A DNA stretch of 64,000 nucleotides from NCBI GenBank assembly GCA_965205015.1, contig OZ242029.1, positions 2,208,001 through 2,272,000 on the forward strand, given 5' to 3'. Positions within the stretch are counted from its first letter, which is position 1; each line of letters starts with the position of its first letter. Of this stretch, positions 9,661-20,025 are shown in pieces. A model generated the notes under the pieces. The model saw nothing but the letters and a program-made list of their open reading frames with translations. It did no database searches and was not told the origin of the DNA. The translations under genes were made by a program, and so were the position numbers. The stretch is from Candidatus Poribacteria bacterium. GTDB taxonomy: Bacteria; Poribacteria; WGA-4E; WGA-3G.

Positions 9661-11115
9661 CTATTCGCTACTAATACGCTCCAAAACTCCGAGACACGTC
9701 TCCCCATTAACCAATCGATGATAATATCCGCTGACGCGTTCCATGAAGTCCCGGTTCCGCTCCAAACCGATCGCGGACGCAGTGCCGGCAGGCGACCACA
9801 ACGCCGCATTTGAGAGAATCGTCGATATCCGTTCCCCTACATCTGATTCGCTCGCGCCAAACGCGCCTTTCAGGATGTCCTGTATCGTCCGATCAGGATC
9901 CCGGATTTCGTATGCCTCACCCGTATCGGTGATACCTTGGTAGTCTTCAGGAGACGAGATTGTATGTGGGGTCAGAAACCGAAGGACCGTTGCGAAGGAA
10001 TACGCGAAGTCGGATTTGAAGCGTTCTGTGCTCGCATCATAGTTCGGTGATCGGACGATATCGGCGGCGCGTTCACGAAGTTTCACCGTTTCAATGATGT
10101 TAATCCTGGCATTGTCGTCTTTGACACGACGGATGCGTTCAATGAATTCCAATGAATAGGCCCGCGCATTTTTTCCAGCGATCGGGATGTCCGCCTCTAC
10201 AATCTGAGCGTATCCATCCATCAGACGCTCTAAGTGTGGCGCAAACGTTGGATGTGCCGCTGCTTCGTTGACATATTCAATACCAGAGAGGGTGCCTTTG
10301 TGTGTAATCCCCGGCACATGCACGGAATTCACCAAGAGCAACTTCCAGTCGTGATACGGTTCAATGCTCTCCTGACTCACAACAACGCCGTAGTCTTGAA
10401 GTTCACCGAACGGTACCCGCAACAGGTCGTCCGAATCCTCCAAGATAAGCGGTGTCGCTGGCATTGCCTCGGCGTACGTTATCAATGCATCTTGACTTTC
10501 GATCTGGGTACGCGCTTCCTCTTGAATCTCATCGGGTACAGCGTAGACCTGCGGCACAAGTCGGTCTCCCATTTCGTTGAGAAACCCTACCTTTGTTTCC
10601 AACCACGCCGCGTAAGCATCACTCCGTTTCGGATACGCATTGCAGAGAATATCGCGGATAATATCGCCGTTATTTCGGAGGTTATCGGTGTTGATAACAC
10701 AAAGCGTCGCCTCCGCACCGTGATGATGGAAATAGCGATGGAGGGTCTCTTCCAACACATCCATCGCCAATTCACCCTTGGCGATGCCGGCTTCAGTTAC
10801 GCCGATAAGGAGGAGATCCAACGGATGTTCTGTCTGTGCGTAAAACTGCTCGCGTCCTGCCTCTGTAGCGAGTGTCGTCGCACCAACGACGCTTGAGACC
10901 TGTTGGATGTCATGAACACCACGCATATCGAACGTGACAACGTGGTATATACCGTCTTGTTGGTTGAAGGCATCGGCTTTCTCAGTGCCACGCGGCTGAC
11001 CGACAAAGATGCCGCCGTCATAGAGGTTCCGTTGGTTGAGGATATGGACGAATTCGTGGGTTAAAGCGCGTTGCAAGCCGCCTGCTCCGATCGCCAGGAT
11101 TTTTACTGGAAGCAT
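9661..11115 (-). CDS. Mannitol dehydrogenase family protein (altronate/tagaturonate reductase UxaB-like, divergent)
   Basis: IGAGGLQRA, VTEAG, DNLRNNG, DRLVP and KLLLVNSVH match the GxGxFxRA/TExG/NG/DRIVP/K..ILNG.H motifs. Confidence 0.75.
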   Translation of the reverse strand: MLPVKILAIGAGGLQRALTHEFVHILNQRNLYDGGIFVGQPRGTEKADAFNQQDGIYHVVTFDMRGVHDIQQVSSVVGATTLATEAGREQFYAQTEHPLDLLLIGVTEAGIAKGELAMDVLEETLHRYFHHHGAEATLCVINTDNLRNNGDIIRDILCNAYPKRSDAYAAWLETKVGFLNEMGDRLVPQVYAVPDEIQEEARTQIESQDALITYAEAMPATPLILEDSDDLLRVPFGELQDYGVVVSQESIEPYHDWKLLLVNSVHVPGITHKGTLSGIEYVNEAAAHPTFAPHLERLMDGYAQIVEADIPIAGKNARAYSLEFIERIRRVKDDNARINIIETVKLRERAADIVRSPNYDASTERFKSDFAYSFATVLRFLTPHTISSPEDYQGITDTGEAYEIRDPDRTIQDILKGAFGASESDVGERISTILSNAALWSPAGTASAIGLERNRDFMERVSGYYHRLVNGETCLGVLERISSE

Positions 11116-11193
11116 CAGTTATTCTCCTTCTTTATGGGTATGCCCTTTCGGTATGTGGTGGTTGTATAAGACTTCCCTGCAACAAACCGCTCT

Positions 11194-12402
11194 TTACTGA
11201 CCGCCGACTGCTGACGGCTGACCGCCATCTTTTCCTAAAATATCATCATAGAGGGCTAAATAAGCGTCGGCGATGTGTTTCCAATCGTAGGGCTTAACGC
11301 GTTCAACACTCGCTTTGCCCATCTCAACACGACCTTCACCGGCATTAATCAGTTTGACGAGTGAGTGTGCAAGTCCATCAACATCACCCGCGTCGAAAAG
11401 CGTACCGTTAACGTCCTCCACCACGAGTTCATCAATGCCTTGAACGCGGCTCGCAACGATCGGCAATCCCGTCCCCATCGCCTCCAAAACGACAAGCGGC
11501 ATCCCTTCCGCGAGCGAGGGCAAGATGAAAACGTCAGCGTCGCGATACTTTTGTGGCAACTCGGCATACGGCACTGAACCTGCAAAGCGGATATGGGACG
11601 CGACGCCGAGATCTTCTGACAATCTTAGAAGTTCCCCTTGATACGGTCCATCGCCGACAATTTCAATTTCAAAGTTGTGTGCTGCGTTTTCAATAATGTG
11701 CGGGAGCGCGCGAATCAGAAATTGGAACCCTTTACGCGGTATAAGCCTCCCGATTGTGAGCACTCGGACTTTTTCGGGGCAAGCGTCGCGTTGAACCGGC
11801 TCAAAACGTCCTAAATCCAAACCGTCAGGGATCACATCCATTTTCACAATCGAGTCCGTCTCTCGTGCCAGTTCGCGTAAACCGTCGCTACACGCCACAA
11901 CCGCTGATGCGTTGCCCCAAATCGCTCGGATGATCGGTTTCAGGAGCAGATATAACCACCGATAATAGGGTGGATCCGGATTACGGCTCGGCACATCACG
12001 TCCCCCCAAAAACACAACATACGGCACGTTGCGGAGTTTCTGCAGAAGATACGCACCGCCACCCGCCGGGATACCAAAAAAGACCTGAACGATGTCGGGT
12101 TGAAACCGCTGCGCAAACCGCAATCCGTAGAGACTTGAACTTACGGCGTAAGTTAGCATTTCGTGGACCGCACACACATCACGGTTCTTCCGAAGTGCAC
12201 GCACGCGATGCACATAAAAACCCTCCACTTTCTCATCTATCGGACAATCACGAAACTGAGAAGTAATCAGATGCACTTCATGTCCCGCCGCCGCGAAGTG
12301 TTTACCTAAGAAGTAGCTGACCCAACCACCACCCCCACCAATCGGTGGAAATTCGTGATTGAACATCACAATTTTTTTCTTTTTAATTTTTCCTTTATTC
12401 AT
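11194..12402 (-). CDS. Glycosyltransferase family 4
   Basis: EFPPIGGGG, GRLIPRKG, EGMPLVVLEAMGTGLP. Confidence 0.92.
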   Translation of the reverse strand: MNKGKIKKKKIVMFNHEFPPIGGGGGWVSYFLGKHFAAAGHEVHLITSQFRDCPIDEKVEGFYVHRVRALRKNRDVCAVHEMLTYAVSSSLYGLRFAQRFQPDIVQVFFGIPAGGGAYLLQKLRNVPYVVFLGGRDVPSRNPDPPYYRWLYLLLKPIIRAIWGNASAVVACSDGLRELARETDSIVKMDVIPDGLDLGRFEPVQRDACPEKVRVLTIGRLIPRKGFQFLIRALPHIIENAAHNFEIEIVGDGPYQGELLRLSEDLGVASHIRFAGSVPYAELPQKYRDADVFILPSLAEGMPLVVLEAMGTGLPIVASRVQGIDELVVEDVNGTLFDAGDVDGLAHSLVKLINAGEGRVEMGKASVERVKPYDWKHIADAYLALYDDILGKDGGQPSAVGGQ

Positions 12403-13277
12403 GGCATCACAAACGACGTTACGAATTCAATAATCACACCCGCGATATCGATACCTGTGACCGACTCCAGTTCCTCGAAACCCGGGGATGGGTTGACTTC
12501 CAGGACAACGGGTCCCTCGTTTGTCTGGAGCAGATCGACCCCGGCTATCTTCAATTCCAGTGCTGCTGCCGCTTCTATAGCCAAGCGGATGTATTCATCA
12601 GGCAGTGTGATCGTTTCTCCAGACGCGCCTTTGTGAATATTCGCTCGGAATTCACCAGGGGGCGCGCTCCTTTTCATCGCCGCAATGACTTCATCCCCTA
12701 CGACAAGAACACGGATGTCAACGCCCCCTGCTTCCGCAATAAACGACTGGATGACGTAGTCCTGATGAAGATCGCACAGCGTATCTACAGCCGAAGTGAG
12801 CGATGTCGGCGTATCTAACAACATAACGCCTGTGCCGTGTGTGCCGTGAAACGGTTTTAAAATAAACGGATACTCCCCGACTTCCGCCACAGCGTCCTCT
12901 AAAAACGCTGCGGAGCCGACGGTGAGACTCGGTGGGATAGGTAAACCGTGTTGCGCAAGGATGCGCAGGGAGTGGAATTTGTGGCGTGCCGCTGCAATCG
13001 CTTTTGCCCGATTCACCACAGGCGTGCCGATCCATTCAAAATGCGCCAAGACCTCTTCGCCATATTGCGCTGTCGTCCGGCTGAGCCGTGGCACAATAAC
13101 ATCAAAATCTTCTGCCGGTTTCCCGTGATAGGTAATACGGTTACCGGTACCACCGATATGGAGATAGAAACCGAAGGGATCTAAAATTTCTGCGGTGTAT
13201 CCTGCAGTGAGGGCTGTTTCGCTAAGCCTGCGTGTGGAGTGGTTTTGAGGTCCCCGTGAGAGGATGCCGATTTTCAT
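12399..13277 (-). CDS. RimK family ATP-grasp alpha-L-glutamate ligase
   Basis: MKIGILSR, KPFHGTHGTGV, DIRVLVVG, FRANIHKG, EVNPSPG. Confidence 0.9.
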   Translation of the reverse strand: MKIGILSRGPQNHSTRRLSETALTAGYTAEILDPFGFYLHIGGTGNRITYHGKPAEDFDVIVPRLSRTTAQYGEEVLAHFEWIGTPVVNRAKAIAAARHKFHSLRILAQHGLPIPPSLTVGSAAFLEDAVAEVGEYPFILKPFHGTHGTGVMLLDTPTSLTSAVDTLCDLHQDYVIQSFIAEAGGVDIRVLVVGDEVIAAMKRSAPPGEFRANIHKGASGETITLPDEYIRLAIEAAAALELKIAGVDLLQTNEGPVVLEVNPSPGFEELESVTGIDIAGVIIEFVTSFVMP

Positions 13278-13325
13278 AGTGTGATGACAGAATCAAATCC
13301 TCTGCCGGTGGATAGGGATATAATG

Positions 13326-13901
13326 CTATCTGGATGCTGACGAGTTCCCACCTATGAGCAGCTCCAAGGGTTCCGTTGATTCTCGCAAAAGTTTCAGTGC
13401 CGCCTCTCCCCGACAACGACGTTCGTTTTGGAGTTCAGATACACGTGTTCTGAAGAGCAGCATCGTCTCAGCCACCCCCGGTTCGGTAACAGCGCCAGCA
13501 AGCACGCCTCGAATAATCAATTGGACATTTTTGAGCGCCGGGTTCTGTTGAACAGACAGGGTTGCGCACTCGTTAATCAGAGAGCGATACTCGTTTAGTA
13601 AATCGGGTCCTACAAGCGCATTGCTCTCTGTAATCAATGACTCAGCGTCCAAGACAAAACCGAAAGTTTGATCCTTCCCATTCTCATCAAAAATACTGTA
13701 GCGGTCATTGACAAACATAAAAATGTACTGATGATCACCTGCTAAAAAATCCTCGATGCAAAACCTTTTACCGTACCAATCTTTCGTCGGAACAATAGTT
13801 CCCTTCTCAAGACACTCATTATAATGAGATTCATCAGTTGTGTAATACGCATCAGCCATAGGATAGACCTTTCTATAACGATAGTAGGAGCGATGCTCCA
13901 A
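13326..13901 (-). CDS. Hypothetical protein, start uncertain, weak ADP-ribosyltransferase-fold resemblance
   Basis: 191-aa ORF filling the gap between co-oriented genes; AT-rich 5' half. Confidence 0.45.
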   Translation of the reverse strand: MEHRSYYRYRKVYPMADAYYTTDESHYNECLEKGTIVPTKDWYGKRFCIEDFLAGDHQYIFMFVNDRYSIFDENGKDQTFGFVLDAESLITESNALVGPDLLNEYRSLINECATLSVQQNPALKNVQLIIRGVLAGAVTEPGVAETMLLFRTRVSELQNERRCRGEAALKLLRESTEPLELLIGGNSSASR

Positions 13902-13990
13902 CGCATCGACAGGTTAGAATTTAGACGGATTAGAATTTACTAAAGCAAGATCCTTTTCTTTTTTTGATTCCTTCCGTCCTCAATTAGGTG

Positions 13991-15013
13991 TCAACCTTCA
14001 TTCCTTTTATACGTTGTGGTCAGAAAATCCGCCAACTCCTCAAACGTATCAAATATCCGATCACACAAGTTCTCAAAGAAGATACTCCGCGTCCCTGGGT
14101 AAACCGCATATACAGGCTTGTTATGGCGGGAAGCGTAGTTCATCTCGCTGAGAACGCCGGGCGATAATTTATCCGTCGGATAAATCACAACCACGAAATC
14201 GCTCTGGTGAACGAACTGATAATCCCGTGAGATTGTTCGCGTCTGAATCTGTTCAATCACTTCCTCACCCATTTCACTCACGCGTGGGGCATCAGCACTT
14301 TCATCTTTCGTGAGCGTAACGAGTTCCATGTCCTTAATCGTGAGCGGATCGAAGACAATGAAGGAACGGCTCAGCTTTTCCCCGATCTCGCGGATCTTCT
14401 CAATTTCCTTCGGCGTATCCCTCAGGAGCGTGATGGGGTAGCTGAGGTAAAATTTCGGTTTCGGTGAAAAGAGGAGTTCATAAAAATTCTCGAGGTTGTG
14501 CTGTCTCGCAACGGTGTAATGGGGTTTCTCCGTGAAATGTGCGAGTTGCCGCGTCAGGAACTCTTCTTCATCCAGCCAGACGTTGAGTGCCGCTTTTCCC
14601 ATCCCTTCCCATTGTGGTGTTTTTTCCATCCGTTCCGATATATCCGTGATGTTGTCGACAACGTTAATCAGCAGATCCGGTAGAAGAATGTCAATATCTT
14701 TAAAAGAAAATCCCTCAATGAGGCTCCCGCGCCACCGGAAACAGGCGTGTAATCCAATGACAGCATGCTCATAATCCTCGGCGCGCCGTGCGATTTCATA
14801 GAAAGCCGTGCGCCGTGCCAGTGATAAAACAGCAGGATCCGAATCGAGGACCTTGTCCGTAAAATGGACACGCGCCTCCGCAGCAACACGGTGCATCACA
14901 TCGCCGACATTGAAGAAACCGATATTCAACTTTCGTTTCATGCACAGTATCTTAAAATTCGCCATCAGCTCCTTACGCCCTGAACAACTGATACCAGTAC
15001 AAATAATTTTCAT
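13991..15013 (-). CDS. Archaeal-type adenylate-kinase-like domain fused to a nucleoside 2-deoxyribosyltransferase-like domain
   Basis: TGISCSGRK P-loop variant, NVGDVM, LPDLLINV; C-terminal FYLSYP, VFDP, RDYQFV..SD, SPGVLSEMNYA..KPVY. Confidence 0.7.
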   Translation of the reverse strand: MKIICTGISCSGRKELMANFKILCMKRKLNIGFFNVGDVMHRVAAEARVHFTDKVLDSDPAVLSLARRTAFYEIARRAEDYEHAVIGLHACFRWRGSLIEGFSFKDIDILLPDLLINVVDNITDISERMEKTPQWEGMGKAALNVWLDEEEFLTRQLAHFTEKPHYTVARQHNLENFYELLFSPKPKFYLSYPITLLRDTPKEIEKIREIGEKLSRSFIVFDPLTIKDMELVTLTKDESADAPRVSEMGEEVIEQIQTRTISRDYQFVHQSDFVVVIYPTDKLSPGVLSEMNYASRHNKPVYAVYPGTRSIFFENLCDRIFDTFEELADFLTTTYKRNEG

Positions 15014-15157
15014 TTTTTTGATTATGTACTCCTGGGCGATGCCTCCGTTGTCGGCATCGATCCAGAATCGTTAAAAAACCTGCTTTAGGATATCAAGGGT
15101 TTGTTAACGATTGGAAATCTGCAAGGACAACGGACGCAGCAGCTCATATTTAATAGT

Positions 15158-15949
15158 TTAAAGATTCGCGAGTGCCTCCTGCTCTTCCTTTTGCCATGGA
15201 CGATGCGCCGGTGTATCCAGTTTCTTGGGCGGTCCGCCAAACACGAGAATATACGCTCTACGCGCCTCCGGTGTACTGTTCGACGCAGAATAGTGTAATG
15301 TCCGACAGTGATGGAAAGTCGCACCGCCTGCCGGTATCGGGCATGCCACTGCCTCTGATACGTCAACATCATCTGTCACCAACCCGTGTACCAGCGGATC
15401 GTTATCAATGTGTCGATGCCAACGCACCGCGCCTTTATGGGATTTCGGGATAAATTGGAGGCAGCCACTTTCAATTGTCGCCGTGTCGAGCGGAAGCCAA
15501 ACACTCAGGCTGTGTGGGAGCACCTCAGGATTCCAGTACGCTTCATCTTGATGCCACGGCGTTTCATTGCCGTAGTGCGCAGGCTTCAAAATCATGTGTC
15601 CACCGCCGCTCACCTTGTCAGTCGCTACGCTGAGCAATTTCGCGGCGAGCCGCTGGGCATTTCGGAAATAGACAGTCTCACGAAGTTCTGGAAACTGTGC
15701 CTCTGGACCTAACACTTGCGGCAACGTCTCACGTCCCTTGTGCGCACGTGGACCCGCAAGATCGAAATACCGTCCCTCCGCTTCGCCAGTCCGTTCCGTG
15801 AAGAGTTCATCGTAAATGCCTTTGAGCCATTCCACCTCTTCATCTGTGGTAATACGCGGAATACTCAGGTACCCGTTTTCTTGAAAGAAAACGACCTGTT
15901 CGTCAGTTACATCAACGTGCAAATTATCGTTGGATTTCATCGAATTCAC
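15158..15949 (-). CDS. Phytanoyl-CoA dioxygenase (PhyH) family protein
   Basis: FFQENGYL, TPWHQD, WLPLD, GCLQFIPKSH, HHCRTLH. Confidence 0.92.
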   Translation of the reverse strand: MNSMKSNDNLHVDVTDEQVVFFQENGYLSIPRITTDEEVEWLKGIYDELFTERTGEAEGRYFDLAGPRAHKGRETLPQVLGPEAQFPELRETVYFRNAQRLAAKLLSVATDKVSGGGHMILKPAHYGNETPWHQDEAYWNPEVLPHSLSVWLPLDTATIESGCLQFIPKSHKGAVRWHRHIDNDPLVHGLVTDDVDVSEAVACPIPAGGATFHHCRTLHYSASNSTPEARRAYILVFGGPPKKLDTPAHRPWQKEEQEALANL

Positions 15950-17763
15950 CGAATTAAAAGGTCGTAAGGTAAAATTGTTACCACTTGTGTTCCATCTTCA
16001 AAACCAAACAGGTTTAGCCACGTAACGACATGTTGCCACTGCGCGCCAAACAAGGATAGCACCGGATGAGTCGCCGTCAATTCAAGCGGCATCCGAATCG
16101 AGCCCCCCATATCCTCGATCATCCGTTCCATGAGTTGCTCGAAAAAAGGTTTCTGCTTCGGCAACACGATAAGGTTAACCTCGTCATCGTCGGCAAAACC
16201 CGCCTGCGCTTTGGTGATAGACAGTGCAGTGTCAAGCCCACCGAATTCATCAACGAGCCCAAGTGCTTTCGCCTGTTTACCTGTCCAGACGCGCCCTTGT
16301 GCGATCTCATCGACTTCATCAAAGGATTTATCTCTACCTTCCGCCGCCTTACTGACAAAGTCCTTATACACCGTTTTCATCATCTTTTCGACGCGTTCCC
16401 GCTCGGTTGGTGTGAAACCGCCGTAGTCCGAATAGAGGGTGGCGTTCTGACCGTGTGCGATGATCTCCTTCGTCAAACCGATTTTGTTATAAAACCCCTT
16501 CATGTTCAGCTTACCACCGAACACACCAATTGAGCCTGTTAGCGTACTGGGGTGTGCGACGATTGTCCCTGCCGCCATCGCAATGTAATAGCCACCAGAC
16601 GCCGCGATATCACCCATAGAAACGACAACCGGCTTTTCGCGTTGTGTGAGCATCACTTCCCGCCAGATCAGATCCGATGCGAGCGCAGAACCCCCTGGAC
16701 TATTTACACGTAGCACAACTGCCCGAACGGTATCATCGGTGCGCGCTTTTTTGAACGCTGCCTTCAACTTGCTCGGCATAATTACCGACGTTGGCGGCAA
16801 TAACTGATTAATATCCGGTAAAATCGGTCCGTTGGCATAGATCAGCGCAATCTGATTTTCCGCTGTGCTTTTTGCACGCTGCGGTGGATTTAACAGATTC
16901 AGCAGCTGCATGAGTCCGGCGAGACTATTCATATCCGGCACATTTCGCTTGCGCTCGTAATCCGGTTTGACGACCTGAACATCTTCGTCTGGAAATGCTG
17001 TCTTTAAGGCATCAAGGAGTTCGTCATAGTATTGCAACGCGTCAACCAATTTCTCCCGCTGTGCCTCTTCCGCTGTGAACGGTCCGCTGTTTATCAAATC
17101 CGACACGTCTTCAACGGTGACACCGTCTCGGCTCTCCGCAATATGTGCCAGCAATTGGGCGTATAAATCGTCCAGCAACGCAGTCATCGACTCACGAAAC
17201 GCGTCAGACATGCCGTTCCGCATATAGGGTTCAACGCCGGATTTGTATTTTCCCATTGCCAACATATCGGCTTCGATGTCCAGCTTATCCAGCAGTCCCT
17301 TATAGAACAAGACTTCGGCGCGTAACCCCGTTAAGTTGAGACTTCCGGCAGGCATCAGGACAACGCGATCCATCGCAGCGGCGAGGAGATATTCGGCATT
17401 GCCACCGCTTTCGAGATACCCGATCGTCTCTTTTTCGGTTTCCCGAAATTCGTGAAGTTTATTGCGAATTTCTTGGAGCGTTGCCCACCCGATGCTAACA
17501 TTGTTTATTTTGAAGATAATCCCGGCAATGTCATCATCTGTTTTGAGCGTATCTAATTTTTTAAAAAGCCCGCGTAGCGTTTTCGTCGAGGAGGTTCCAA
17601 AGGTGTTGACTGTTTTGGTATCGGTGTAGGTGCCGCCCAGTGTGAACGCAACATATTTTTTAACGGGGGGAACGACTTCTTCCGTCGCCTGTTCCTCAGC
17701 GAATACCGGCGAGACGAGCACAAGCAACGCCAGTAGAAACGCGCATTTTTGTAAGAATCTCAT
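15946..17763 (-). CDS. sppA: Signal peptide peptidase SppA, long two-domain form
   Basis: Signal/TM start MRFLQK; GKYKS, LRVNSPGGS, AASGGY, TGSIGV, GRVWTG; ATG 17763 preferred because of RBS and promoter position. Confidence 0.9.
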   Translation of the reverse strand: MRFLQKCAFLLALLVLVSPVFAEEQATEEVVPPVKKYVAFTLGGTYTDTKTVNTFGTSSTKTLRGLFKKLDTLKTDDDIAGIIFKINNVSIGWATLQEIRNKLHEFRETEKETIGYLESGGNAEYLLAAAMDRVVLMPAGSLNLTGLRAEVLFYKGLLDKLDIEADMLAMGKYKSGVEPYMRNGMSDAFRESMTALLDDLYAQLLAHIAESRDGVTVEDVSDLINSGPFTAEEAQREKLVDALQYYDELLDALKTAFPDEDVQVVKPDYERKRNVPDMNSLAGLMQLLNLLNPPQRAKSTAENQIALIYANGPILPDINQLLPPTSVIMPSKLKAAFKKARTDDTVRAVVLRVNSPGGSALASDLIWREVMLTQREKPVVVSMGDIAASGGYYIAMAAGTIVAHPSTLTGSIGVFGGKLNMKGFYNKIGLTKEIIAHGQNATLYSDYGGFTPTERERVEKMMKTVYKDFVSKAAEGRDKSFDEVDEIAQGRVWTGKQAKALGLVDEFGGLDTALSITKAQAGFADDDEVNLIVLPKQKPFFEQLMERMIEDMGGSIRMPLELTATHPVLSLFGAQWQHVVTWLNLFGFEDGTQVVTILPYDLLIR

Positions 17764-17802
17764 TGATTTTTCCTCTCTTTTGGCATCCAATTTGACTTCA
17801 CC

Positions 17803-17831
17803 ATTCTACCATAAAACGGCAGGTGTGTCAA
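17803..17831 (-). promoter_or_regulatory. Sigma-70-type promoter of sppA
   Basis: TTGACA-17 bp-TAGAAT with TGG extended -10. Confidence 0.7.
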
Positions 17832-17853
17832 GTCGCAAATCCTTTGCCCTTTT

Positions 17854-20022
17854 TTATTCTCCAATCTGCCGGGCAATGAGCGTCAAATCCAAAATGTTGA
17901 CGATCCCGTCCCCATTGAGATCGGGCGAATCCTGCCCAAAACGCGAGGCGATAAACGTCATATCCAGGATATTTACAACACCGTCGGCATTGACATCAGC
18001 AGGCTCCCGCGCATTCTGCTCAAAACGCTCAGCGATAAACGTTAAATCTAAGGCGTTGACGACACCATCGCCGTTGGCATCCCACGGAACTTGTGAAGGT
18101 TCGGATGCCAGCTCCCACAGCAGAATAGTGCCGTCCCAACTTCCACTCGCAAACGTCCTGCTATCGGGTGAAAAGATTAACTGTGTTATATCTTTTGTAT
18201 GCCCTTTGAGAATAGCCATAGGCAATTCTTGCGGTTCGTCCGTCCGGAAGGTAGATGCATCCCACAGCAGAATTGTACCGTCCCAACCTCCACTCGCAAA
18301 CGTCTCACCATCCGGCGAAAATGCTAACGCACCCACCTCGCCTGTGTGCCCTCTGAGCGTCGAAAGCCGCTCAGCAGTGTCTGCATCCCATAGCTGAATC
18401 GGTCCATAAGTCCCGCTACTTGCCAAGGTTTTACTATCCGGCGAGAACGCCAATCCAAAGACATCATCCCTACGTCCGCCAACCCGCTCCTGTTTACCAA
18501 GCGTCGCGCGATGTTGCCCCGAAGCGACATCCCACAAAAGAACCGCACTGTCCCCACCACCACTTGCCAACGTCTTGCCATCCGGCGAAAACGCCAACTC
18601 AAAAATCCAGTGTATATGCCCTTCAAGGGTGGCTTGGCGTTCTCCAGTTGCTAAATCCCACAGAAAAATCACATCGTTTTCACTCGTACTCGCAAGGGTT
18701 CTACCGTCTGGAGAAAACGCCGCTGTCCCGAAGAAATCTGGCAACATGAGGAGCGTCTGTGCGCCACCAGTTGCATGCCAGAGATAAACCGTGCCTTCAG
18801 AACTTACCCTATTGATATAAGCTATACCATTCAGTAAAAACGCCGCGGCTCTAATCCAACGGTTATGTCCGGTAAAGACGGATTCCTGCTCTTGTGCTGT
18901 TTCTGCATTCCATAGACGGAGGATACCATCCTCACTTCCATTCATAAGCATGCTCCCATCTGGAGAAAAGTCAAGTGCCGTAATAATCCCTGGGTAGGCA
19001 TGGAGAACGGTCTTCAGTTGAATATCAACAGTGTTTGAGGTCTGCAGGGTATCAAGGCTCCACAAGCGAACCGTATTATCATCACCTACACTGGCAAGTG
19101 TTCTGCTATCCGGGGAGAACGCGACGGAATAGATGTGCCATCTATGTGCTGCGAGCGTCCCGCGCTGTTGTCCGGTGTCTGCATCCCACAAGCGCATTGT
19201 ACCGTTTCCACCCCCACTGGCAAGGCGTGTACCGTCGGGTGAGAACGCAACGGCAGAAACAAAATGTGTATGCCCAGTCAGACGCTCGCGATGTTGGTTC
19301 GTGTTCGTATCCCACAAACGAATTGTATTGGTGCTGTCGCCACTGACGAGGGTTGCACCCTCTGATGAGAATGCCAAAGCCCAGACTCGAGCTCCCCTAA
19401 AAATAATATCGTGTTCGCCAGTATTGACATCCCATAACCGAACCGTGCCATCCCGACTGCCACTTGCAAGTGTTCTACCATCCGGTGAAAACTTCACAGT
19501 TCTGAGGCCTTCCGTGTGTCCCGTAAAGGTCGCATGATGTTGGGCAGTTGTGGCATCCCACAACTGAACGATATTTTCATAATCCGCGCCACTCGCAAGC
19601 ATGCTGCCATCGGGGGAAAACGCGAGTGTTACGATCGGTCGTTCATGTCCTTTGAGTGTCGTCCGTAGCTCCCTGGTAGAGACATCCCACAGGAGAAGCG
19701 TCCCATCTGTCCCACCACCGACAAGGACTGTCCCATCCGGCGAATACGCACAGGACCGAGTGCCGCGCGTCCGATCCGTGAGCAGATCAATCTCTTGGTA
19801 TGTCTGGGCATCATAAAGCCAGATGCCTATCGAACTCGCTACGGCGATTTGGGTCCCATCTGGCGAGAACTGAACGTCAGTGGGACTGCCTTTACTCAGC
19901 CGCGCACTCGCACCTTCGGGTAAACGCCAGCGAGCGAAATCTACCGTGAAACCTTCGTGCGAAAACAGAACAAAAGTGGATAGCAGAGAGAGAATAAAAA
20001 AGAGAATCTTCGTTTTTTGCAT
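17854..20022 (-). CDS. Secreted WD40-repeat protein with C-terminal dockerin-like repeats (3 copies)
   Basis: Signal peptide; many GH...FSPDG..LASG..D..LWD repeats; D.N.DG.VN.LD x3. Confidence 0.92.
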   Translation of the reverse strand: MQKTKILFFILSLLSTFVLFSHEGFTVDFARWRLPEGASARLSKGSPTDVQFSPDGTQIAVASSIGIWLYDAQTYQEIDLLTDRTRGTRSCAYSPDGTVLVGGGTDGTLLLWDVSTRELRTTLKGHERPIVTLAFSPDGSMLASGADYENIVQLWDATTAQHHATFTGHTEGLRTVKFSPDGRTLASGSRDGTVRLWDVNTGEHDIIFRGARVWALAFSSEGATLVSGDSTNTIRLWDTNTNQHRERLTGHTHFVSAVAFSPDGTRLASGGGNGTMRLWDADTGQQRGTLAAHRWHIYSVAFSPDSRTLASVGDDNTVRLWSLDTLQTSNTVDIQLKTVLHAYPGIITALDFSPDGSMLMNGSEDGILRLWNAETAQEQESVFTGHNRWIRAAAFLLNGIAYINRVSSEGTVYLWHATGGAQTLLMLPDFFGTAAFSPDGRTLASTSENDVIFLWDLATGERQATLEGHIHWIFELAFSPDGKTLASGGGDSAVLLWDVASGQHRATLGKQERVGGRRDDVFGLAFSPDSKTLASSGTYGPIQLWDADTAERLSTLRGHTGEVGALAFSPDGETFASGGWDGTILLWDASTFRTDEPQELPMAILKGHTKDITQLIFSPDSRTFASGSWDGTILLWELASEPSQVPWDANGDGVVNALDLTFIAERFEQNAREPADVNADGVVNILDMTFIASRFGQDSPDLNGDGIVNILDLTLIARQIGE

Positions 20023-20025
20023 TTT

